NCBI GenBank assembly: GCA_038245295.1
Contig: JBBRSP010000004.1
Location: 256,001-320,000 of the forward strand
Source: Candidatus Binatia bacterium
GTDB lineage: Bacteria > Desulfobacterota > Binatia > HRBIN30
Direction of reading: 5' to 3'
DNA: 64,000 nucleotides
Shown here: positions 27,801-35,865 of the stretch, one piece after another
Position numbering within the stretch: the stretch's first letter is position 1
Layout of the letters: the number at the start of each line of letters is the position of its first letter
Program-made: the position numbers and the translations under genes
Notes under the pieces: model-generated
What the model was told of the DNA's origin: nothing
What the model saw: the letters and a program-made list of their open reading frames with translations, nothing else
Database searches by the model: none

Positions 27801-28946
27801 ATGGATTTCACTCTCGATGAGAATCAACAGGCCGTGAGCGAGCTCGCGGCGCGTATCCTGACCGAGCAGCTACCGGCCGAGAAGTTGACCGCGATCGAAA
27901 GCGAGCCCGATCGCTTCGCCGCGCAGGCGTGGCGAGCCCTTGCCGAGGCCCAGTTGCTGGGCGTGCCGCTGAAGGAAGACGTCGGCGGCGCCGGCATGAG
28001 CATTCTGGAAGCCGGGCTCGTCCTGGAACAGATCGGCCGCACCGTGGCGCCCCTGCCCTATCTCGCGAGCGTCATTCTCACGGCGATGCCGATCGACGAG
28101 TTCGGCACAGCGGCGCAGCGCAGCCGCTACCTGCCCGGCGTCATCGATGGTTCGTTGATTTTGACGGCGGCGCTGGCGGAAGCAGGCAACGAGAACACGC
28201 CGGAGTCGCCGGGCACAGCGGCGACGCGCGACGGAAGCGGCTGGCGCATCGATGGGGAAAAACTGTTCGTCCCAGCGGCGCATCTGGCAGGGCGCATCCT
28301 CATCCCCGCACGTATCGGCAATGATGGTGTCGGCGTGTTCCTGGTCGATCCGCACGCGACTGGCGTGACGCTGGAACGTGTGGAAACGACGAGCCTCGAG
28401 CCGCAGTTCCATGTTTCGTTGTCCGGCGCGAAGGTCGCCGCCGATGATGTTCTCGGCGATCCGGCACAGGGAGCGGCGATTGTGCGTTGGATCGTTCAAC
28501 GCGGCTTGGCGGGATTGTGCAGCCTGCAGGCAGGGGTGTGCGATGCGGCGCTGCGCATGACGGCGCGCCATGTATCGGAACGCGAGCAATTCAACGTCAA
28601 GATCGCCACGTTCCAAGCGGTCGCGCATCGCGCCGCGGATTCGTACATCGACAGTGAAGCCGTCACTCTGACCTCGCGGCTGGCGGCCTGGCGACTCGCC
28701 AACGGCCTGCCCGCCGACGATGCCCTGTCGGTGGCGAAGTACTGGGCGGCCGAAGGCGGGCAGCGAGTCGCCCATGCCGCGCAGCATCTACACGGCGGTA
28801 TCGGCGTGGACACGGCCTATCCCCTGCATCGCTACTTCCGTTGGACCAAGCAGATCGAGCTCACCTTCGGCGGAGCGATGGTTCACCTGACGCGGCTCGG
28901 CGCCAGCATCGCCGCGCGACCCGTCGGAAGTGGCGCGTCGAGTTAA
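27801..28946 (+). CDS. Acyl-CoA dehydrogenase, FadE27/ChsE5-like partner subunit
   Basis: MDFTLDE, REQFNVKIATFQAVAHRAAD, HLHGGIGVD..YPLHRYF; shorter partner-type ACAD. Confidence 0.88.
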   Translation: MDFTLDENQQAVSELAARILTEQLPAEKLTAIESEPDRFAAQAWRALAEAQLLGVPLKEDVGGAGMSILEAGLVLEQIGRTVAPLPYLASVILTAMPIDEFGTAAQRSRYLPGVIDGSLILTAALAEAGNENTPESPGTAATRDGSGWRIDGEKLFVPAAHLAGRILIPARIGNDGVGVFLVDPHATGVTLERVETTSLEPQFHVSLSGAKVAADDVLGDPAQGAAIVRWIVQRGLAGLCSLQAGVCDAALRMTARHVSEREQFNVKIATFQAVAHRAADSYIDSEAVTLTSRLAAWRLANGLPADDALSVAKYWAAEGGQRVAHAAQHLHGGIGVDTAYPLHRYFRWTKQIELTFGGAMVHLTRLGASIAARPVGSGASS

Positions 28947-29061
28947 GACCTTCGCATTTTCGGTTTTCCGCCGTGGGGCGGGCTGAAGGCTTGGGCAGAG
29001 GCAAGAGGCTGAGGCTCAGTACTGTTCGGCACAAATGCGGTGACGTATCCGCAAGCGCCCT

Positions 29062-29277
29062 CCGCAGTCTAAAGCCTGCGCCTACCGGTCCGCTTTAGGG
29101 TGCCTACTCAGCCTGGTAAGCGCAGGCTTCAGAGGCTGTCTCAAAACATAGGCTCACCCTTCGACGGGCTCAGGGCGAGCGGACAAAATGTCTTTGAAAA
29201 TCAACCAAGCACCCGCTCAGGCTGAGCCTGTCGAAGCCGGCTCCGTAAGGTTTTGAGACAGCCTCTTCAGCCTGCGG
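29062..29277. repeat. GTAG-type REP doublet whose second copy is interrupted by a MITE
   Basis: CCGCAGTCTAAAGCCTGCGCCTACC (29062-29086); GGTAAGCGCAGGC-TTCA-[insert]-TTCA-GCCTGCGG (29115-29277). Confidence 0.85.
29132..29265. mobile_element. 134-bp MITE with 16-bp perfect terminal IRs and TTCA target duplication
   Basis: GAGGCTGTCTCAAAAC ... GTTTTGAGACAGCCTC, flanked by TTCA (29128-29131, 29266-29269). Internal inverted pair CTTCGACGGGCTCAG / CTGAGCCTGTCGAAG. Confidence 0.88.
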
Positions 29278-29351
29278 CGCGTGAGCCCAATGCTTCCGAA
29301 CAGCCGCGAAATACGTCGCCGAACTAATGAACCGGAGTACTTAGGTCGGGC

Positions 29352-29511
29352 TTAGGTTCGGGGCTTACCGCTTGCGCTCCACTCGGCGACCGGCCCCGCG
29401 ATCTCGGGAACCTCCTCAACCAATGAGGCCAAGAACGCGGATACGTCGGTGCACGGAAGACCGGCGCTTTGTCCGGCCCACATAGGCAAGCGGTCCGAGC
29501 GGCCGGCCGCC
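29352..29511 (-). pseudogene. Probable C-terminal remnant of a nitronate monooxygenase family gene
   Basis: AAGRSDRLPMWAGQSAGL...FLASLVEEV resembles the NMO C-terminal (L/M)WAGQS motif; lies directly after the chloroperoxidase stop. Confidence 0.5.
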
Positions 29512-29517
29512 GAAGGC

Positions 29518-30339
29518 TCAGGTCTTGAGGAATGCCAGGAGATCGGCGTTGACCTTATCCTTGAGCGTCGTGCACATGCCGTGTGGGGCGCCTTTGTAGA
29601 CCTCGAGCTTGGCGCCCTTGACCAGCTTCGAGGAGAGCATCGCCGCGGCGCCGATCGGCACGATCTGATCGTCGTCGCCGTGCAGGATGAGGGTCGGCAC
29701 ATCGAACTTCTTGAGATCCTCGGTGGTGTCGGTCTCGGAGAAGGCCTTGATGCAGAAGTACGACGCCGGAAAGCCGGCCATCATGCCCTGTAACCAGAAG
29801 GATTTTCGCACGCCTTCCGAGATCTTCGCGCCCGGCCGGTTGTAACCGTAGAATGGCAGGCTGAGCTCCTCCCAGAACTTCGCGCGATCGGCGACCACAT
29901 TGGCGCGCAGTCCGTCGAAGACGTCGATCGGCAGGCCGCCTGGATTGGCTGGCGTCTTCAGCATCAGCGGTGGAATGGCGCCGATGAGCACCGCCTTGGC
30001 GACTCGTTTCGTGCCATGGCGGCCGATGTAGCGAGCGACTTCGCCGCCGCCGGTGGAATGGCCGACATGGACGGCGTTTTTGAGATCGAGGGTCTCGACC
30101 AGCGCCGCGAGGTCGTCAGCGTAGGTGTCGAGGTCGTTGCCATTCCAGGGCTGGCTCGAGCGGCCGTGGCCGCGTCGATCGTGGGCAATGCAGCGATAAC
30201 CGCGCGACGCCAGGAAGAACATCTGATCCTCGAACGCGTCGGCACTCAACGGCCACCCGTGGCTAAAGACAACGGGCTGGCCGGTACCCCAATCGTTGTA
30301 GAAGATCCGAGTGCCGTCTTTGGTCGTGATGATGCTCAT
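29518..30339 (-). CDS. cpo: Non-heme chloroperoxidase (alpha/beta hydrolase)
   Basis: [39 protein letters not shown]. Confidence 0.93.
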   Translation of the reverse strand: MSIITTKDGTRIFYNDWGTGQPVVFSHGWPLSADAFEDQMFFLASRGYRCIAHDRRGHGRSSQPWNGNDLDTYADDLAALVETLDLKNAVHVGHSTGGGEVARYIGRHGTKRVAKAVLIGAIPPLMLKTPANPGGLPIDVFDGLRANVVADRAKFWEELSLPFYGYNRPGAKISEGVRKSFWLQGMMAGFPASYFCIKAFSETDTTEDLKKFDVPTLILHGDDDQIVPIGAAAMLSSKLVKGAKLEVYKGAPHGMCTTLKDKVNADLLAFLKT

Positions 30340-30773
30340 CGGTAGCTCCTCCGTGGCGCACATGTTTGTCGGCGCCCGTGGGCGTCGGCGAACGGGGCGC
30401 ACCGTAGCATTTCAAAAAACGTTCGACAGATAGATTCATCCGAATTGGACGAACGAAGCCCCGCACAGCCCTGCTCGGTCGGGCGGGGAAGTCACCTCCA
30501 CCACGCAATACAGGCGCGCCACGCCCTCCACATACGTTGCCCATCCTAACCGCAGACTTTACCGAACGGCCATCGCTCTTAACCGTGCCTCCGCCTACCT
30601 TGCATTTCTATGAAAACGCGAATGAAAACCCTGCGTGTGGGCGAAGCAGTCGCTGGCAGGAGGGACGCCCGCCCCACCCTTTTGCCCGGACTGGGCCAGC
30701 TTCTGTCAGCTCGGCAAAAAGAGACATTCGCAATGACACAGAGAATTGGATCGGTTAAAAAGGGAGGTCCATC

Positions 30774-31208
30774 ATGAGCAAGGAAAAGACGTACGAGGGC
30801 AGCTGCTTCTGCGGCGCGGTCCAGTTCTCCGTAAGTGGTGAACCGGCCGGCATGGGCTACTGCCACTGTGAGTCCTGCCGCCGCTGGTCGGCTGGGCCGG
30901 TGAATGCATTCACACTCTGGCCACCGGACGCGGTACAGCTCACCTGCGGTGCCGACAACATCGGCACGTACAACAAGACTCCGAACAGCTGCCGGAAGTG
31001 GTGCAAGACGTGCGGCGGCCACATCTTCACCGAACATCCCGGCATGGGGCTGACCGATGTCTACGCCGCTGTGATTCCCGACTTCCCCTACCAGGCCGGG
31101 GTGCATGTCCACTACCAGGAGACGAAGCTGAACATTCACGACGGGCTGCCGAAGATGAAGGATGTCCCGACGGAAATGGGCGGCTCCGGCCTGAGCGTCC
31201 CCGAGTAG
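30774..31208 (+). CDS. GFA (Mss4-like Zn-binding) family protein
   Basis: GGAGG RBS; GSCFCGAV, CHCESCR, WCKTCGGH. Confidence 0.92.
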   Translation: MSKEKTYEGSCFCGAVQFSVSGEPAGMGYCHCESCRRWSAGPVNAFTLWPPDAVQLTCGADNIGTYNKTPNSCRKWCKTCGGHIFTEHPGMGLTDVYAAVIPDFPYQAGVHVHYQETKLNIHDGLPKMKDVPTEMGGSGLSVPE

Positions 31209-31308
31209 CCCGAAGAAGCCTTCTTGCGCCTCATCGCGTCGTCGTGCTTAACGGCTCCCGTCGACCCGTCGTCTCTCCTGTTGCAGCACCACGGGTCGCG
31301 GGAGTCGC

Positions 31309-34257
31309 ATGCCTCAGAGCACACACGCGATCATGTTCGGTCCCTATCGGCTGGACGCCGCTGGTTCTCGACTCTGGAAAGGCGACGAGGCGGTGGCATT
31401 GCAGCCGCGCCCCCTCGCCGTCTTGTCCTATCTCGCCGCGCGGCCCGGTGACGTGGTAAGCCGCGACGACCTCATCGCCACGCTCTGGGGCGGCACCTAT
31501 GTCACCAAGGCCGTCCTCAAGGTCGCCGTGCGGGCGATTCGCGAAGCTCTGCAAGACGACGCCGAGGCGCCGCGTTACATCGAGACCGTCGGCCGTGAAG
31601 GGTATCGTTTCATCGGCGCTGATGCGGGCGCCGCGACCAACACGCCGCACGCAGACGAGCCGCCAGGCGGCGCGACGATGTTCGGGCGCGGGCAGGATCT
31701 GGCCAAGCTCCATGCCGGGTTGGCTCGGGCGGCGGCAGGTACGCGGACGATCGTGTTCGTCAACGGCGAAGCGGGGATTGGCAAGACAACGCTTCTCGAT
31801 CGATTCATTCATGAGGTGGAAACGACGCGCGCTGTCTACGTGGCGCGGGGACAGTGCCTCGACCAATACGGCCAAGGCGAGGCCTATCTTCCAGTTCTCG
31901 AGGCGCTCGGCCGCCTGGCACGCGATGAAACCAAAGGCGAGCTGCGCGAGACACTGGCGCAACATGCGCCGACGTGGGTATCGCAGCTGGCCGCACTCGA
32001 TCCCAACCCTCCCGTACGCTGGCATGGGGACGACGCCATCACCACTATGCCGGCGCGCATGTTGCGCGAGATCGCCGACGCGCTCGAGGTCTTTACCCGC
32101 CAGAGAACGTTGCTCCTCGTCATCGAGGATCTGCAGTGGAGCGATCCATCGACGGTCGACCTGCTCGGCTATATCGCCCGCCGGCGCCAACCGGCCCGCC
32201 TCCTGATCATCGCCAGCCGCAGGCCGCTCGACTTGGCCAACGATGATCACCCGTTGCGCCGCGTCGAGCAGGAGTTGCTGGCAAAGGGATTGTGCGACGA
32301 GATTGCCCTCGATCTGCTGTCGCGCAACGAGGTGGCAGCCTACATTCAGTCTCGTTTCGCCGGCGCGCCGCCCGACGCTTTGCAGCGCTTGGCCGAGCGC
32401 GTCTACGAGCACACCGAGGGCCACGCCCTGTTCATGGTCAACATGGTCAACGATCTCGTCGACGGCGGACTGCTCTCCTGGCGGGACGGCCAATGGCATG
32501 TCGACGGATCCATTGACACCGCGACGGACCAGATTCCGAGCGGGCTGCAGGAGCTGATCGGCCGAATCATGCGCGGCCTGGCCCAACCTGTGCGTCAAGT
32601 GCTCGAGGCCGCAAGCGTCGTGGGCGACGAGTTTGCCGTCGCTGCTGTCGCCGCCGCACTACCAGTCGATCCTGAGCAGATCGAAGACACTTGCGAGCAA
32701 CTGGCCTCTCAGGGATCACTCATCGTCGATACGGGCCTGGCGGAATGGCCCGACGGGTCGGTGTCGGGTCTCTATCGCTTCCGCCACGCGATGTACCGGC
32801 GGGTACTCTACCAAGGCATTGGGGCGGCGCGCCGTATTCGTTTGCATTCCGCCATCGGACAGCGACTCGAGGCCGGCTATGGCGCGCGCACCGGCGAACA
32901 TGCCGCCGAGCTGGCAATGCATTTCGGACGTTGTCGCGACCACGCTCGTACGGTCCACTTTCATGAACTGGCAGCGGCCGCGGCTCTCGAGCGCCATGCC
33001 GCGCATGAGGCCGTCAGCCATTGCGCCGCCGCTCTCGAATCGTTGGCGCAGACGCCCGAGACCCCAGAGCGAAGTCGCCGCGAGCTAGGTTTGGTTGTCG
33101 CCAGAGCGACACTGCTCATGGCAATCCGCGGCTACGCCGCATCGGAAACCGAGCAAGCTTTCGGCCGCGCCCGCGCGTTGTGTGATTCGCGGCCGGCGAG
33201 TCCGCAGCTGTATCCGGTGCTGCGTGGGCTGCTCTCGTTCCACCACGTCCGCGCCGAACTGAACGTGGCGCACACGCTCGGCGAGGAACTCCTCCGGGAC
33301 GCAACCGAGCGTGCAGACGATATCGCCCTGCGTGTGCAGGCTCACTACGGTCATGGCGCGACCCTGTTTCATATGGGCGCCTTCGAGGAAGCACGGCTCC
33401 ACTTGCGAACCGCGCTGCAACACTACGACGCGTCGACGCATCGCCAGCACAACATAGGATACGGCGGCTACGATCCGGGCGTGGCCTGCAGCCTTTGGTT
33501 GGCATGGACCCTGGCCTTTCAGGGCGAGCTCGAGGAGGCGGCGCCGCTTGCTCATGAAGGACTGGCGTTGGCGCAACGGCACGGCGAGGCGTTCTCTCTG
33601 GCGTGGGCTCATTATGGCAGCGGTGTCTCGCAGCAATTTTCCGGTGACTGGGTCGCCTCGGCGGCCGCTTCGGCGGAGGCCGTGCGATTGGCGGAGGAGT
33701 ACGGCTTCCCGTACGTTCGAGGTATGGCCACGGTCAACCGCGCCTGGGCGCTCATGATGCGCGGCGACAAGGAAGCCGGCATCGTGCTGCTCCGCGATGG
33801 TGTAGGGATGGTGGAGCGGACCGGCGCTACCCTCGGGCGACCGGCGTACCTCGGCATGCTCGCGGCGGCGGATGTCATCGAAGGGGACCCCAAATCGGCA
33901 CTGGCACGCCTCGACGATGGCCTGCGCGAAATCGAGCGCAGCGGCGAACACCTCTACGAGGCTGGGCTGCTGATCGCCAAGAGCCATCTGCTGGCCGATC
34001 GCGTCGCTGGTAAACAGGCGGCGGCAAGTGCGGCAGAGGAGTGCCTACGGCGAGCTCTCGACGTCGCGCGCGCGCAATGCGCGCGTCTCCTGGAGCTACG
34101 CGCGGCGGTGGCACTTGCGCGGCATTGTCGCAACCGGGGACGCGATGCGGAAGCCTGGGAGCATCTCAACGCGGCGCACCAGTGGTTCGCTGATCGTCGC
34201 GCAGTGGCACCTGAAGTCGCTGCGGCGCACCGATTGCTCGCCGAGCTCCAGCGCTAG
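31309..34257 (+). CDS. OmpR-type wHTH + AAA (STAND) ATPase + TPR transcriptional regulator
   Basis: FGPYRLD...YIETVGREGYRF wHTH; Walker A GEAGIGKT; Walker B IEDLQWSD; helical TPR C-terminus ending LELRAA. Confidence 0.9.
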   Translation: MPQSTHAIMFGPYRLDAAGSRLWKGDEAVALQPRPLAVLSYLAARPGDVVSRDDLIATLWGGTYVTKAVLKVAVRAIREALQDDAEAPRYIETVGREGYRFIGADAGAATNTPHADEPPGGATMFGRGQDLAKLHAGLARAAAGTRTIVFVNGEAGIGKTTLLDRFIHEVETTRAVYVARGQCLDQYGQGEAYLPVLEALGRLARDETKGELRETLAQHAPTWVSQLAALDPNPPVRWHGDDAITTMPARMLREIADALEVFTRQRTLLLVIEDLQWSDPSTVDLLGYIARRRQPARLLIIASRRPLDLANDDHPLRRVEQELLAKGLCDEIALDLLSRNEVAAYIQSRFAGAPPDALQRLAERVYEHTEGHALFMVNMVNDLVDGGLLSWRDGQWHVDGSIDTATDQIPSGLQELIGRIMRGLAQPVRQVLEAASVVGDEFAVAAVAAALPVDPEQIEDTCEQLASQGSLIVDTGLAEWPDGSVSGLYRFRHAMYRRVLYQGIGAARRIRLHSAIGQRLEAGYGARTGEHAAELAMHFGRCRDHARTVHFHELAAAAALERHAAHEAVSHCAAALESLAQTPETPERSRRELGLVVARATLLMAIRGYAASETEQAFGRARALCDSRPASPQLYPVLRGLLSFHHVRAELNVAHTLGEELLRDATERADDIALRVQAHYGHGATLFHMGAFEEARLHLRTALQHYDASTHRQHNIGYGGYDPGVACSLWLAWTLAFQGELEEAAPLAHEGLALAQRHGEAFSLAWAHYGSGVSQQFSGDWVASAAASAEAVRLAEEYGFPYVRGMATVNRAWALMMRGDKEAGIVLLRDGVGMVERTGATLGRPAYLGMLAAADVIEGDPKSALARLDDGLREIERSGEHLYEAGLLIAKSHLLADRVAGKQAAASAAEECLRRALDVARAQCARLLELRAAVALARHCRNRGRDAEAWEHLNAAHQWFADRRAVAPEVAAAHRLLAELQR

Positions 34258-34416
34258 GCCATGGCTCGCCGCGGGCTACAATCGCGCCGTAAGCTAGTCG
34301 CCCTTCGCCGGTTGGCGTGTCCTCCGAGCCGGACTACAGCAACGTCGTAGAAACCGCGCCAGGGGGAAGGCGCCGTGCCGCCAGTCCTGCTAGCAGCGCA
34401 CCACGGGACAAACGGC

Positions 34417-35748
34417 ATGACGGAACGAACCGCAGCAGCAACCGAACCGCTCACTCGAGCCGAGCTACTGACGGCCTGGAGTGTTCTTTCCTCTAGTGAT
34501 CGCCAAGCCGGCTTCTCGTTGCTGCCGCGGCCAGAGGCTGAAGATTTGTTCCTGGCGTTGCCGACGCGCGACCAGGCCACCCTGTTCCTGTCGTTTGCGC
34601 CCGAGGAGCGACGCTCCTGGCTGCGTCTACTGCCACCCGACGACGCGGCCGACTTGATTCAAGAACGACCGCCGGGTGAGCGCGACATGTTCCTGGCCTT
34701 GCTCGACGATCCAACCCGTATGGAGGTGAGTGGCCTCCTGGCGTACGCCGAAGAACACGCCGGCGGATTGATGAACCCGAACTACGCGCGCCTGCGTCCG
34801 GAGATGACGGTCGCGGAAGCGATCAGCTATCTGCGGCGCTACGCGCGCGAGCACCGTCAGAGTACCTACTACTGCTATATCCTCGACACGAATCAACGGT
34901 TACTCGGCACCATCTCATTCCGCGAATTGTTCGCCGCCGAGCCTGATCAACAGATCACTGCCATCATGCGCACCGAGCTGGTCACGGTGCGCGACGACCA
35001 GGATCAGGAATCGGTAAGCCGGTTGTTTGCCTCGCGCCGATTTCTGGCGTTACCCGTGGTCAATGCTCAAGGCCAGATGAAGGGCGTCGTCACCATCGAC
35101 GACATCGTCGACGTGGTTCAGGAAGAGGCAACCGAGGACATTCAAAAGATCGGCGGTATGGAGGCTCTCGACGCGCCCTACCTGGCCATCGGCTTTGGTC
35201 GTATGATCAAGAAACGCGGCGGCTGGCTGTCGGCGCTGTTTCTCGGCGAGATGCTGACAGCGACGGCGATGGGCTTCTTTGAAGCGGAGATCGCCAAGGC
35301 GGTCGTACTCGCTCTGTTCGTCCCATTGATCATCAGCAGCGGCGGCAACTCGGGTTCCCAGGCCACGACTCTGGTCATCCGCGCCATGGCGCTGGGAGAG
35401 GTCGGCCCGTCCGACTGGTGGCGTGTCATACGCCGCGAGCTCGCCTCGGGACTGGCTCTGGGCAGCCTCCTCGCCACCATCGGCCTCTTTCGCATTCTGA
35501 TCTGGCAGAGATTGTTCGGCACCTATGGGGATTACTATTTCCTGATCGCCATCACCGTTGCGGGCAGCCTGGTCGGGGTAGTCACCTTCGGCACACTCGC
35601 CGGCTCGATCCTGCCGTTCGTTCTGCGGCGCCTGGGTTTCGACCCAGCCAGTGCGTCGGCGCCGTTCGTCGCGACACTCGTCGATGTCACGGGTTTGGTA
35701 ATCTACTTCACCGTGGCCAGCGTAGTGTTGCGCGGCGCGCTTCTGTGA
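34417..35748 (+). CDS. mgtE: Magnesium transporter MgtE
   Basis: PDDAADL, AGGLM CBS pair, GVVTIDD, SSGGNSGSQ, DPASASAPFVATLVDVTG. Confidence 0.95.
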   Translation: MTERTAAATEPLTRAELLTAWSVLSSSDRQAGFSLLPRPEAEDLFLALPTRDQATLFLSFAPEERRSWLRLLPPDDAADLIQERPPGERDMFLALLDDPTRMEVSGLLAYAEEHAGGLMNPNYARLRPEMTVAEAISYLRRYAREHRQSTYYCYILDTNQRLLGTISFRELFAAEPDQQITAIMRTELVTVRDDQDQESVSRLFASRRFLALPVVNAQGQMKGVVTIDDIVDVVQEEATEDIQKIGGMEALDAPYLAIGFGRMIKKRGGWLSALFLGEMLTATAMGFFEAEIAKAVVLALFVPLIISSGGNSGSQATTLVIRAMALGEVGPSDWWRVIRRELASGLALGSLLATIGLFRILIWQRLFGTYGDYYFLIAITVAGSLVGVVTFGTLAGSILPFVLRRLGFDPASASAPFVATLVDVTGLVIYFTVASVVLRGALL

Positions 35749-35761
35749 GGCTCACGACCCT

Positions 35762-35860
35762 CCGCAGGCTAAAGCCTGCGCCTACCACAAGCCCCACGAC
35801 CCTCCGCAGGCTGCGCCTAACCCCAGGCAGGGAGCGGTAGGCGCAAGCTTCAGCTTGCGG
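35762..35860. repeat. GTAG-type REP cluster
   Basis: CCGCAGGCTAAAGCCTGCGCCTACC (35762-35786), a degenerate copy, and inverse GGTAGGCGCAAGCTTCAGCTTGCGG (35836-35860). Confidence 0.8.
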
Positions 35861-35865
35861 ACACC

